The translations under genes and the position numbers were made by a program. The notes under the pieces were generated by a model. It was not told the origin of the DNA. It saw only the letters and a list, made by a program, of their open reading frames with translations, and searched no databases. Below, one piece after another: positions 50,601-63,228 of a stretch of 64,000 nucleotides of DNA. This DNA is from Leidyana gryllorum EB-2025a (lineage: Eukaryota > Protista > Apicomplexa): NCBI GenBank assembly GCA_048772705.1, contig JBLWGC010000104.1, positions 1 through 64,000 on the forward strand, written 5' to 3'. Within the stretch, counting starts at the first letter, position 1; each line of letters opens with the position of its first letter.

Positions 50601-52914
50601 TCTCCCGAAGGCCCTTGAGTCCCGGCAGTTGCATCAAATTCACCACGTCTCCAACACTTCGTTCAACATTGCCGCTCGATCGCACGGTCAAACTTTGCAC
50701 ACACGCGCAACCAGCCTTGATGATCTTCTGTTGATCATCAAACTTGCCGCCTTCAATCCATTTCTGAAGTCCTTTGAGCACTATGGGACTGGCATCTTTC
50801 GCCACCAAAATTGGAGCCAATCGACTGACTTGACTCAAACCATTTACTGCAGCCAACGCTTTCAAGCACTTCTGAGGATTGTTTCGAGCACCATTCACAG
50901 CGCTCTCCAGCGTCTGTAGAGTCCGTGTGACGTCCTTCTCAGTCGCAAGGACATCCAAAAGGCTCAAAGCCGACTCACGCAACGCTTTGTTACTGTCGCC
51001 GTGTGCCAACATGATCTGGAGGATTAGATCAACTACATTACCCGCCTGGAGAGCAGCGACACCGCCATCCAAACCAGCCAACGTTTTCATCAAGTTCAAG
51101 GAGGCCAATGAGCTTTCGCGATGGCCGACGACACCCTGATGCCTTGTCTTGATGGATATGTACGGGCACTTACTTCATGGGAGGTTATAACTTCAATAGC
51201 CTTATTGAAAGGTGCGCAGGCAGTGGATCGCTTGGCACAGGCCCACAGAGTTGTCACGGTGTGACCCAAGTATCGATTGTTGCCTTTCATCAGGGGGGAT
51301 TTCATTACTTTGGACATCCCATCTATCGCTCCCGCTTCCATCATGGCACCGACAGCTGGATCGGAGGTCGATGCAGCGGCTAACACAGCCATTCCGTTCC
51401 GCAGAACATCAGCAGTGACCTTAGGCTTCCCAAAGGCGTCAATCTAAGATAATTCGGAATATATGTAATTGGTCACATCCAGCCTTACGATGCTCTTGTA
51501 GATTCCTTGTGATGCGGCTTTGGCGGCATTATCGGGAACCTCAACGAGGGGCAGAAGAGCTCCACAGGCCGCTGCAAATGCTTCGAAATACTCGGTGGTT
51601 TTCACTGCTGCATCACAAAGTGCTTCCAGACCTCCAGATTGAATGATAGTGTCGCGATCCGAGCTCTTGCGGCCAACTGTCGCCAAAATTCTGCACGCAC
51701 CGACCAAACCCTTAAGTACTTTCGCATCATGTTGTCCCGCTGCGAGATTCTGCACTCGAGAATTATCAATGTTACTTGTTGACTTGACAGTGTTGAATAC
51801 CTTGGCAGAGTGAGCGACCGCATCGCAGAGCATTGGGACGCCCCCCGCTTTGACGATTTGATCAGCGCAACTCGAGATGTATGACATTGAGGACAGTGTG
51901 GTCAATGCAGCAGCACGCTCTGGGGAGCCGTGATCTGCCGTTTTGAGCACATTGAGGCATTGCTTCAAGACGTCGGGGCCAACCATGACGCCAAGAGCTC
52001 CAGAACCGGCTTGTTGAATGGTGGGTTGGTCAGGCGAGGCATCCATGATGGCAATGACACTGTCCAGATGGCCAGCTTTGGATTTGCCTTGGGCTGCGAC
52101 GTTGCGGATGACATTGAAGGCACAGGCGATGGCTGTGACGTTCTCGGATTGCGAGGAATCCCGCTTAGCTATGGCCGCTAAGATCTTGTCAATGGCTTCG
52201 AGGTTGCCGAGCGCTTCGGCTCCACTTGGGAATGCAGATATATCCTGCAGCTGGGAAAACACACGAGCAGCGAGTGGACCTTTCATTTTGGGGTTCAGAG
52301 CTGCAAGCAGCCCGGGTGCCATCTGTACAGTATCCAACTCGATCCCTGACGAATGGAAGTTACGCAGGGTATCCAGATAAAAACCGAGCACTGCGTTGTC
52401 CTGGGTTCCGTGACCCACGGCAGCCGCAACGCTCTGTGAGAAGTTGTGCTTCTCCGCAGCCTCTAGTGTAGATCTGCGCCCAGAGGTTACGGGACAGATT
52501 TGAGAAAGTCACTTACTTGGGTTCATCTTTCAGAACCTCTGACAGACCGAAAAAGCATTTACTGAGGAGAAGCGCAACCTCGTCGTCGCCTTGGAAGTTC
52601 GCGGAGGCCGCAATCAGCACCGGAAAACATTCGGACTCCAAAACTGCCAAGGAGTTCTCCCTGCACAGCAGTTAGTCAATCAATCAAGCCGTTTACAGTG
52701 GTGACGGGCGGGAATCGAAAGGTCAGGAGCCGGTTGGGCGGGCGGCTCTGACTTACTTGTAGCGAACAGTTGGGGGCACACACAGGTCTGACAAGGATCG
52801 CAGACCAAAGACCATCATCCGCTTGAACTTCTGGTTCTTGAGGACCGATTGTATTGCATCCTGCACCCCGGCATCGGCTTGGTGCCGCCTTGCCTGAGAT
52901 GGTGAGTTCGACAT
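44667..52914 (-). CDS. GAC: Glideosome-associated connector (giant armadillo-repeat protein with C-terminal PH domain)
   Basis: About 2600 aa of ARM repeats. N-terminal KRMMVFGLRSL, C-terminal WDKDKYPNGVQDLP..IKEELRSGGK...WKSSLDL and terminal RDRF....EWREAAAFGF* match apicomplexan GAC as recalled. Confidence 0.88.
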
Positions 52915-53019
52915 TCCCCACACACACAAAGGAAAGGTACGCGCGTGGTCAAAGTGAACAAAAACTCAAACCTTGATCAATCTAATTCCACTGTGTTTCT
53001 CCAAAACAAATATGTCGAT

Positions 53020-55832
53020 TTAGTAGTGTTGTACCTATTCCCTAAACTTATTGGTGCCGACAGCTGGAACTACCTGACGTGCGAGCTCTACATTGCCTTC
53101 GTGGTCCTGAGTCAGAACCTTCAGGGCCTATAAGACAGATTGGAGCTGGTGGAGAGGGTGAAGCACACTCACTAAAACGGATGCCTGCTCGCAATTCTCA
53201 TCGTCTGTCTGGAAGGTGCTGAACCCAACAATCGCCGCGAACACTACACAGCGAATCGGAGGTTGAGTTGTGGGGGCTCTAAACTTACGGTCCTTGTCGC
53301 ATTCATCTCGTAGATCGGGGGTCATATCGGCCAAGGTCGACAACAGCAGTAGCACGTCTCGTGGGGACACATTCTGCAACACCAAGGTGTAAGCATCCAA
53401 CTGAGCCGATTCGTCGTCGTCAACCCGCTTCACCGCCCCGGAAGCCACAAACTCTTGAAAGAATGGAGCGACATCCTTCAGGATTGCCGACGCCAATTTC
53501 CAGCACACCTGTGCCACAGATTCATTCCATCGCCCCTTTAATTCAGGTGCTGCCGCAAGATGTCGCAAACACCGAGTCAATGGCCGTGTCAATCTGGCCA
53601 TATCTGCCCCCCTCCGTTTAGTGCCATCAAACCCATCGGCTTCTAAAAGAGTCAGTACCCTCTCGAACACACCTTCTTTTGCCACCGCTTTGCGAGTCTC
53701 TGAGGCCAGATCACTCAAAGACTCTTTGAGAAGCTCTGCCATGAACAGCGTAACTCCGGGAGTAATGAATCCGCGGCGAACCAAATTGTACTTTCGGCCC
53801 AACTTCTCAGCTGCCCGCTGCTTGATCACTTCGTTGCCGGGCCGATTTGCCTCCTCGGTGGCTTGAATCTGTATGTTGGTCACCTCGTCGCTCACAGAAG
53901 CATTTCGCGCAGCAGTGTAGATCAAAAGTCCTGCCAATTGCACCGGGGAGGGACGCGAATTAGGAAGATAACGCTCGCACTCGGGAGCGGATTTGACAAA
54001 GTACAACACTTCACTCGGGATGCCCACAGATGCAGCAGTCCGAGCGAGTTCCTCAACCTCAGCCGCAACTCCGGGCGTGGGTTTAATCTTCGGAACCGGT
54101 GCCGGATCTTTAGATTTCGCCAGAATTGATGTCAGTAATAATTTCAATGCGTGTCCTTTGCCGAGCGAGATCAATCTCAACAATAGCAAACCGAACCATT
54201 CCGTATCTACGGCGCTCGCTTCAGCTGCTCGACCCTCAACAGAGGCCAAACGAGAGCGCCGGAACTGACCCCCTCGGGCCGTTCGCTCGTTCCTCATGTG
54301 GGTAACTGCCAATATAGCCATGAGGAACTTGAGGAAGTCTGACTTGAGCTCCGTACGAGGTTGGTTGGGGCCGTCTCTGGGTGTATTCGCGATCCTGACC
54401 GCTAACTCCTCTTCTGTGGAGGCCAAGAGCCGCAAATCCGCTTCCAAGTCTCGAACTGCGCGGCTTGGCTGCCTCTCAACTTCAAAGGCGTCCTCGCCTT
54501 CCATGTTATCCGCGATCAACGGGGTCAAATGGTTGTGCAGCAGGAGGCAGAAGGGGTCGAAAAATCGGTCGCCCGACATGACCAGATAGGTCCAGTACAC
54601 GATCGGCCACATTGGTGTCCAGAAATGACACCTCAACTTGTCATTATTGGTGATAAGATTCGAGATAAAGGTAAATAATGACCGGGGTAACACAGTTGCA
54701 ACCTCATCGTAGTAAGGTTTCAACTGAGGTGCCGGTTCGGCGAGCGCCGAGGCTTTCGAAACGGCCGCAAACAGCTACGATTTGTTGTCAAAGAGAACAG
54801 TGCAAAGGGCAAAGCGCTTACCAGCCTGTGACGAAGGACAAGTGCATCAGCCAAGTTGTGCTGGAACAGTAGATCTTGGACCTCTGCGGAGTCGCAAAAG
54901 TTGCGCAGAAGTTTCAGTCCCAATGAAATAAAGGACCATGGCTTAATAGAGTACTCAAAGGGGGCGTTAGAAATGCTCGCCTCGAACTCCTCAGCCGACA
55001 TGCCCAATTCTTGTTGGTCAATCATCGTTCGCCAGTAGTCTACCACTCGGGTGAGCTGCTGTTTGACGAACAAGACGACAGTTTCGATAATGGCCTTTCT
55101 TTGCTTCTCAGTAACATGATTAATGTTGAACAAATCGTCATTGGTCCCCGAACGCTGAGGAAGCACACGTGTGTGACAATGTCTCTGCAGGCCCTCTTAC
55201 TCTGCATAACTCTTGCAATCCTCTGAACTTGTCTTTGTCTTCCACACTGGATAAGCTTTCCGCTATTGCCTTCAACATATCTGCAGGGATAAAGAAAGGT
55301 TTCGTCTTTGGTAGGCGCAACATACCGGACTCTGCATCCTGGAAGAGATCAGTACATAGTTTGGGGTCTTTCAGCATTCGTTCCAAACTCGGCAGTCGGC
55401 TTTCGGTACGGTGGAGGGGCAGAGGAGCTCCCAAAGCCTCACGCACAGGGTCGATAAGGTCACTCAGACGTCTTTCGGGTCTGGGAATACGAATCTCAGC
55501 CTCATGACCGCCTCTCAGGGACGAGACACTGGCCGATGAGCCGAAACTAGCGACAGACACCACCTGGGAGGACATTATGGTGTGTGTTTGAGGTGTGATG
55601 GGCTTACCGAGTTTGATTTGTAGAAGGTGGCCACTTCTCGACGAGGAGATGGAGCATCCTCGTCCTGGTCTTCGGGTGGTGTTAGTCGAATGGAGAGGCC
55701 GCGACTTAAGCTTGGTCGGCCGGAAGCGTCACTGGCATCCTGACCAATGACCAAAAGATCGATGGCAGAGGATGAGCGTCTGGATTCGGCGAAATTCGAG
55801 CCAGTCTGGCTTAACCGTGGTTGAGGAGTCAT
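53020..55832 (-). CDS. Helical/ARM-like repeat protein, unknown function (multi-exon)
   Basis: Consecutive minus-strand ORFs 55575-55832, 55138-55575, 54720-55166 and 53128-54723; Leu-rich amphipathic helices. 3' end approximate. Confidence 0.55.
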
Positions 55833-55901
55833 GGCAGTAATTATGTGTTACGACTATAACACAACATGCACTGCACAGGTATCATCTGGTAACAAAATTG
55901 A

Positions 55902-58574
55902 ATGTCTTTGGGTGACTGGGAAGGCCCATCCCAGCAGCGGAAGAGGCCAGCAACCAATCAAAACGATCAGCTTCTGGTGAGGGGCTGGTTTTGGTGACGG
56001 TGAAAAGGCATTCAATCCAGGAGCCGTTGATACAACAAGGGGGAGGGGTAGGACGACGAAGCTCTGGTCACCGGCATCCGGGCCAAGTAGTCTCTGAACC
56101 TCACTCTCACGGTGGCTACTCGAGTCCGAGCGCTTCCGACAAACCTCGTGCAGATGGCCTTGGTGGTGTTCGGCATGCGCGTTCCACTAACAAGTTGCCC
56201 TCCCTGTTGACCCGGAAGTCTGATCAGAGCCGACGCTCAGAAGCCAATTCTGTCCGGTCCCACGACGACTCGAGTTCATCAAGTAAAGTGAGAGCTGAGA
56301 GTCTTTCCTTTGTGATCGATCACTCTTCCTGGCCGTCAGTATCGGCAGGTCCGCCGGAAAGCAATTCCTCACAGAGTCCCTGTGCTGAACCCTGATGATC
56401 TGATTGGAGGCTGTGAGGATGACGAGACGCCTGTTGATCATCAGCATGGCACCGATCTGCCTCTCCATGCCATGATGGGCCCTGGAGGACAGGCAACTGG
56501 AGGAGCGGCCACGGGAGCTTCGCGCAAAGCGAGTCGCTTCCCTGATCCCCGTCGTCTGCCGCGTGGTCTCTCCTTCGCCGCCGTAGATAGAGGTCACGTC
56601 TCCTTCAACCCTGCCTTTACGATCCGACACAAATGGTTGGCATTTAGCCACAAATTCGACTTTTGGTTCCGGGACCGGTTTCATGTACTCCTCAGCCTCT
56701 CTTTCAAATCACTGGTATGTGTACTCGTACTCGCAGAGTTCCTATGGGCCGCCACCCTCGCCATCATCCTGGGAATCGTCACACGAGGCGACGTCGAACA
56801 TTGCCTCGGAGGCTTCGTCACTCATTGGATCCATTACTATTACTTTACCGTCGAAACGATGTTCACTGTCGGCTTTGGAGAACCTCGCTACCCATCCTGC
56901 ACTGCCGCTAATCTGTGAGCACTTTCCGTCCCCGCGTTCGTCATCCTCAAACAAATCGCCCCTTCTACAGATTCGTGAGCTTCGCCGTCATGTTGACCAA
57001 CGTACTCCACGGAACGCTTATCGGCTTGGTGTTCTCCAAGTTCAGCTCGGGTACCGGACGTCGCTGGGCGATCGCTTTCTCCCCTGAGCTCTGCGGAGCT
57101 GTGGTGGGCAACGCCTTGATGGAGTGCCCGCCCACCCATGAGACCCTCCAACAACAGCCCCGGCCTGAAGAGGTGACGGAGAACCCCACCTTTTGTGCAC
57201 CTGCAAACACAACGGATGGTTTGGGGGATGAGGAGTCTTCAATTTCCAGACTCCACGGTGTAACGGCCACTGCTCCGGCTTATCGCCGCTCGCGCCTGAT
57301 GCAATCTCGGCGAAGTGATATCGACACGCCAGAACGTCGGAGTGCCGGAACCACCTCGGAACGCCTTGTGGCAGGAGACGGGATCAGTGATATCTCTGAT
57401 GCGGGACGGAGTTTGGATGGTGGACGGATGCGTGTGCGAGAGCGACGGAACGTGCGGGGGATGTCATTCCACATGGGAGCTCCACCGCACCCGTTAACGC
57501 GTAATTATCAGCATCTATATACATCTACGGGCATCAAACGGTCGACCCTGGCCTCCCGTTACGAGAATTACATCTCTTCGGGACTCGATGCTTTTGACTC
57601 TAGCTTCCCGGTAGCCCAAAACAAGACCGCATCGGCCAGAAGTGGCCTGATGGCCTCTACCCTTACCTACTGTGTTCCCCGTCCAGGCTCGGACCTCTGC
57701 AGATCCCTCCCTACTGTATCAGCAGACGGTTTCACACAAAATCCTGCAGCACCTCCGGCCACGGACAATCCACCTGCTCCCCATCCTCGCACCCCCACTC
57801 CAGAGCGGCTCGATGACTTTGAGAAGCCCAGTATCGGCTTCTCTCTCAGTTTTCGGTTGATGAATCTAACAGATTCATCCTTCTTCGATCCCAAAATCTC
57901 GATTTTCCTCTTGGTGCGTGTGCTAAGCGCAGTTGTAAGAATGCCGCCCGCAGCTCCATGATCAGTTCGATCTCACTATCACCCAAATCCTCCGCTACCA
58001 CACCGATGTCCCATTAGAATTCCTGGAGCTACCAGTGACTGTAACAGTAAGATCGGGATCTGCCGCCATCTCATTACAAGTCTATCGTATGGCAGGTAGA
58101 CAGCAGAGATCCCGAGAGCCCTTTGAGCAGCGTATCTTTGCCCGATCTGGTCCGTAACGGGCACTTGTATGAATTCATGGTAAGCACACGTGTGTGTGCG
58201 ATCGAAATACACACATACATACTATAGGTGTTGCTTACGTTCGTTGATAACCAGTCAAGTCGCACGATAGAGTTGCGGAAAAGGTGAGCAGCCCCCCAAA
58301 TAGAGGGTGATGGCAAGAATTCATGCAGCTGGAGACTGAATTGTGTAACTTGGGGTAAAAGCTTCCGAGGTATCGTGAAGCGAGAGAGGCCTGGTGCGTA
58401 TGAAATTGACGTGGAGGCGTTGGATAGTCGAATGGTAAGCCTATCTGTCACATTGATTGAACAAGCATCCGTTTGAAGGTGTTGGTGGATCCGTTGAACA
58501 AAGCTTTCGTTGGGGCGGTTCGTAACGATCTGCAACAAGCGTCGAACGTGAATATAGGGATTGGGGGATTTTGA
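55902..58574 (+). CDS. Inward-rectifier potassium channel (Kir family)
   Basis: Slide helix FRDRFHVLLSL, M1, pore FTVETMFTVGFGEPRYPSC, M2 ending GLVFSKFS, IAFS, LSFRLMN, C-terminal RKSWRLNCVTWGKSFRGIV..YEIDV; multiple introns. Confidence 0.85.
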
Positions 58575-58595
58575 GGTTTTTTGGGGCGGTGCTCA

Positions 58596-59421
58596 ATGGA
58601 GTTCAGCCGCATAGTGAGACTTAATGTCAAGCGGCTGGTGACTATGGTCGAGAATGTGCCTGAACAGCGTCAGAGATATGGGTAGGTCGAATAGTGGTTG
58701 ATACTGAAAGGTTTGAACAGGCGGAGAGCTGTGTTTGAGGCAGCACTTGAGCCTGGAGAGAAGCATTTAGCTAAATTTGGCAATTCAATGATCTGTCACG
58801 GCTGTGGAACGCTAAATCGTCCAGCTCAGTCGAACACTCAATATATAAAACCTTCTGTCGCTCTCAGCGATCGGGAGAAGGCGAAGCTACACCGACTTCG
58901 CCGTAAAGACAGGACAGTAAATGCATTGGTAAGTCAGACTCTCTAACTGTCTCTTATCCGACCTTCAGCGGGTTGTGGAATGCAAGCCTTGCGGATACAA
59001 GGAGCTAACCGGGGCTTCAGTGACGAAGAGTGTCGCTCGAAAGGTGTCAAAGCGGCGTAAACGGGGAGTACACCGAGACGTCACAACCGGTCAACACGCG
59101 TCGACACTACCCACCTCGTCCTCCGCCGTACCCACAACCGAATTCCTACATAAAGATGCAGGACTCCCCACACTGCTCGGGGACTCCATACCCGCTTCAC
59201 CTCCGAACCCTGCTCAACACGAGCTGTCGCCATCCAATCTCTCACCAGCCCCACCCAGAGATCGCGAGGATGATACACTCTTCAGAATCAGCCTCACACC
59301 TGGAGCCGAACTCCCACCCCCCCCACCACCCATACCCTCTAAAGTACGACGCAAACCAAGACGGCTAGAACAATGTGCGGAGAAACCGAGCAACAAGAGA
59401 TTGCGGTTTTTTGATAGATAG
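58596..59421 (+). CDS. Rpr2/Rpp21/Snm1-like zinc-ribbon protein (RNase P/MRP subunit candidate)
   Basis: Helical N-terminus, ICHGCGTLNRP and VVECKPCG CxxC pairs separated by a basic spacer; two introns. Confidence 0.55.
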
Positions 59422-59527
59422 TAATTTATTGTGGGTCGATAGGTGGTGTGATACTGCCTCACTCTCTACGACCGACACTCAACCCTCTATACATAACAAA
59501 AATTTCCCCTATTAACCACACCACAAG

Positions 59528-59917
59528 ATGATGAAAGCTGACCCCCATTCCTTCCTTGCAGTGGCCCCTGCAGTGAAGGACCAGGTCAAACTAGCTATCG
59601 AACAAACTCTCGTCGATCAAACCTATGACGCACCAAAAGTCCCCGATTGGGTCGACCGAATCACTACTCGTAAGCCTCAAAGCACTCTACACAGTTTCAT
59701 TTCCCTCATCCACGCAGAGATCATAAACTATTGCACCAGTCACAGTGAAGAGCTAAAGTATATTGTTTCGGTCATCGTCCTCGAGAAGAAAAACGGCGGC
59801 TTCCATCTCTTCAGTACCTGCTTCTGGGACCAGGACAACGACGGTACCATTACAGTTCGCTGGGATAACAAGACAATGCATTGCATCGTGTCTGTTTTCG
59901 GAGTAACACTACCCTAG
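59528..59917 (+). CDS. DYNLT1: Dynein light chain Tctex-1
   Basis: KYIVSVIVLEK..GGFHLFSTCFWDQDNDGTITVRWDNKTMHCIVSVFGV; probable in-frame intron at 59670-59717. Confidence 0.93.
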   Translation: MMKADPHSFLAVAPAVKDQVKLAIEQTLVDQTYDAPKVPDWVDRITTRKPQSTLHSFISLIHAEIINYCTSHSEELKYIVSVIVLEKKNGGFHLFSTCFWDQDNDGTITVRWDNKTMHCIVSVFGVTLP

Positions 59918-60156
59918 AAGCTAACTCAAGCCGCTTGAGCCTTCCATCAAAGACTATCTATAACTCGATGATGGTTGGAGTCTTCTAGAGACATTATTAC
60001 GGGGATGCGTACGCTACGCTTTTTGATCATGGTGTTGGTTCTCAGCTTCCATTGTTTGTCCTTCAAGCATTAGACAGGCAGTTGGTATGACGTACTGAGG
60101 CACAATTCATGAATAACACGAAAACATCCATTCAGCTCGCCATCCTTGTCAATCAT

Positions 60157-61194
60157 TTAAGCGCAGTTCTTTCCAGTGCAGGTGACAGTCACAGTGACCT
60201 GAGGAGGAGCAGTCTCCTGGCCGATGCAGATGTTGCCGGAGAGGAGGAGACCAGCGTCACAGATGATCTGGGGCTGGAATTGCTGGATGCAGGTGGCACC
60301 GTTGTCATAGCCCTGAGCGCAGAAGGTCTCTTCGGGGACAGTCTGCTTGGACAGGCAGTTCTGGCCTTGCATCTGGGTGCCGATGGGGCAGTCCCACTGG
60401 AAGGGAGCAGAGCGGGTGGTGAAGCAAGCCTCAACAGGGCCGCCGTTGGAGCACTTGGTGGTGGTAGGGAAGTAGTTCTTCTGCATGCAGCCGTTGCCAG
60501 TGTCAACGAAACCAGCAGGGCACTGACGCTCGGTCACGTAGGCAGCAGCCTCCTTGCGCTCGCAGGTCTGTTTGATGACGTTGACCTTGGCGTTGGTGAC
60601 GGGGACAGTCATGCCGCCCTCCTTGCCAACAAGACCACGGAGGCCAGCCATGCCGCCCTTACCCTTCTGGAGGGGAGTGCAGTCGTAGACGGTAGTTCTC
60701 CAGCAGCCACCCTTAGCCTGCTCCTCGAAACCGGGGGGGCAGAATTGGTTGGTGATGTAGGGAGCCAGGTCAACGGTGGCGCACTGAGGGCCCTCGCGAG
60801 ATCCGATCTCACAGACCTCAACAAGAGGGAGCTGCTCGGTGGCTTCACATCCGGCGAGGGTCTCGACGAAACCGGCAGGGCAGAAACGGTTGGCGGGCTG
60901 GCTCTGGGGGATGATGCACTGCTTGCCCTGTTGCTGGGTGCCAATGGGGCAGCGGGCCTGCTTGGGGGTCTCGATCACACAGACATCACCCTGGAGGACA
61001 CCTTGCTGGCAGATGGTCTGGGGGACAGCGGTGATCTGTCTCTCGCAGGTCTTGCCGTTCAAGTTGAAGCCGAGAGGACAAGAGTAGACCGGCTCAGTCT
61101 GCTGGCGAGCGGGGAAGGCCGCAGCTTTGCCACCTTGGATCCACTGCTGGGCGGCGGCGCTGCCAACGAGAGCGACAAGGAAGGTGGAGCGCAT
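60157..61194 (-). CDS. Oocyst-wall-type (COWP-like) Cys-rich secreted protein
   Basis: Signal peptide MRSTFLVALVGSAAA; about 12 repeats of CPxGxxxxGxxC-x(10-12); strong C/G-ending codon bias. Confidence 0.8.
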   Translation of the reverse strand: MRSTFLVALVGSAAAQQWIQGGKAAAFPARQQTEPVYSCPLGFNLNGKTCERQITAVPQTICQQGVLQGDVCVIETPKQARCPIGTQQQGKQCIIPQSQPANRFCPAGFVETLAGCEATEQLPLVEVCEIGSREGPQCATVDLAPYITNQFCPPGFEEQAKGGCWRTTVYDCTPLQKGKGGMAGLRGLVGKEGGMTVPVTNAKVNVIKQTCERKEAAAYVTERQCPAGFVDTGNGCMQKNYFPTTTKCSNGGPVEACFTTRSAPFQWDCPIGTQMQGQNCLSKQTVPEETFCAQGYDNGATCIQQFQPQIICDAGLLLSGNICIGQETAPPQVTVTVTCTGKNCA

Positions 61195-61205
61195 GTTGCG
61201 ATAAC

Positions 61206-63142
61206 TCAATCAAAGTGGATGCGATGGAAAACTTGCCAACCCTGGGAGCTGTGCGAGTTTGTACGGAGCTTGCACCTCCGGCCGAAGTCTTCCAAGGCTT
61301 TTGGGACACAGGGTGCACCCATTCCCCGAATCTGACATCCGGGTTCCGCCGCCTATGGTACGCCTTTAGAAACTCCAATGAATGGTTCCGAGTCGTGCCT
61401 GACGTCTCTATCACCTTCAGCGTGATGTGTAGCTCACCAGTCGAATACCACCATGAAGGTCTTGAAAAATGGATAGCCGAGAGTCCAGGTGTTACTGGCT
61501 TCATAAGGTAACGCTAAATCAGGCTGGATTCCCATGGAACAAGGCCCGTCTGTGCGCAAAATGAGCAGGACATACCCTTCAGACTGTGTGCTGTGTGTGC
61601 TTACGCGAAAGTGATCTGAGTATGTAGTCTTCCGGGCGCATGACAAGTCTTAAGGGCGTCCTTTCACTGCAGCTGTGGCCCTTCTGGCATCCCTGTGGGG
61701 AATGTAAGTCGGCACACCCAGACACACATACCTTGAAGGTCAAGGTGATGTTAGGGAGAGCTTCAGGGACCTCACAAGAGCCGGAGGCAATGGGCCAGAG
61801 GGGCTGGCCTTGCTCAAAGAGGTCTGAGGGTAGTCTGAGGTCGTTTAACCTGAGCACTTACTTGCGGGTGCATAGGTCAGAAATGTGCCTGTGTCAAAAA
61901 TGGCTCTACCTCGAACTGAATTGATAGACTCGAGGCCTTCAATGACTGAAGAGGTACTCAGCAGCTCAGAAGCCCAATAAGCATCTTTCTGATCAACGGG
62001 CATCCATTCAATGTCGTCTTGTGTTGCAAGAGGCGAATTAATTCCTCCTGCAGTCACCAATCCCCATGGCAAACAGTAAAACATTCCTTACCCAATGATA
62101 GGTAACCACCTGTGATCACTATGGTTGAAGAGAGCCTGCGTGTGAGATTTACTGCTCACCTGTGTCATTGCTAAAGTATGCGAATTGGTTGCGTCGCCCG
62201 ATGCGTGTAAGAACTTCCTGTAGCTCAATAGCACGGAGATACTGCTGTCTGCCACCCACTTGATCTTTGACTTCGTCAATGAGAGCCTTACGGCCGGCTT
62301 CCTTCTGTTCACTTGATCTGTTTATATTTTGCGTCAAACGAGGAAGGTGGGCTCTCGTCACTCACGTAAAGCCCAATCCCATTATGCCGTCCCAACCAAG
62401 ACGCTGAAGTCGGCGAATCGACATAGATGATAAATGTTGGAGTGACTCACTGACAGAATGGGAACGTCCATTGACGTAACAAGATTGATGGTAGCGTCTA
62501 CATTAACTTCATCCCCTAAATTGACTGTGGGCGGTGAAGTTGGTGATGGGTAATTGGGTGACTGCTTACGGAGTTCTCTTCCGAGAAAAGCTTGGACGTT
62601 ACCGCTCAAGAACTGTCAAGGTAGTATGAGGTGGCGTAATCTATGCTTCGTAAGCGTACCTTAACAAAGGTTGTGATGGTGAACCCTAAGGAATCTCTCA
62701 ACAATCTTAACGTCGGAGTGGGAGAATACTGCTTGTGGTTCATGCAATCTGGTGAATGACATTGGTCTGATATGATCCAGCTATCGCTAGCTCCCGTATC
62801 GAACATGACGGGTATAGCCTGAGCATCTGGTCCAGTTCCTACGGCTGTTTGTGAGATCTGGTATAAGGACTGCGATGAGCAAATGCGGACTGACTTATGA
62901 TACTGGAGAACTGATGTGAGCACATGAATGTTGGATGAGAGTCGACAGAGGAAAAACTCACTGATGCTATGTTATCTTGCTTGCGAGCTGCACATGACGG
63001 AAGTGATGAGGTCTTTGTTTTGGTGCAAATTGAGCGTATTACCTCGTCGGAGGAGCGGGAAAGCCATGTGCATCTGTGACTGCAGCTCCAGAGCGTTGGC
63101 GGGGCCCCATAGAGGGACAAAAAGGGGTATGATGAAGCGCAT
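61206..63142 (-). CDS. Pepsin-family (A1) aspartic protease, many short introns
   Basis: Signal peptide MRFIIPLFVPLWG; two catalytic motifs VMFDTGASDSWI and AIFDTGT; AYW, LVMRPEDYI, WTLGYPFFKTFMVVFD. 3' end approximate. Confidence 0.85.
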
Positions 63143-63228
63143 GATTGTGCTGCACACACGTGTGTTCCAGAGGAGGTTCTTAAGTCAGGCAATATTGGGA
63201 AGCACAAAGATAGATGGAGGGGCAGCGA

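Noticed and set aside
60109-61335. 408-aa plus-strand ORF antisense to the oocyst-wall gene
   Set aside because: Shadow ORF expected from the strong C/G-ending codon bias of the minus-strand gene; Ala/Gly/Leu-rich with no motifs.
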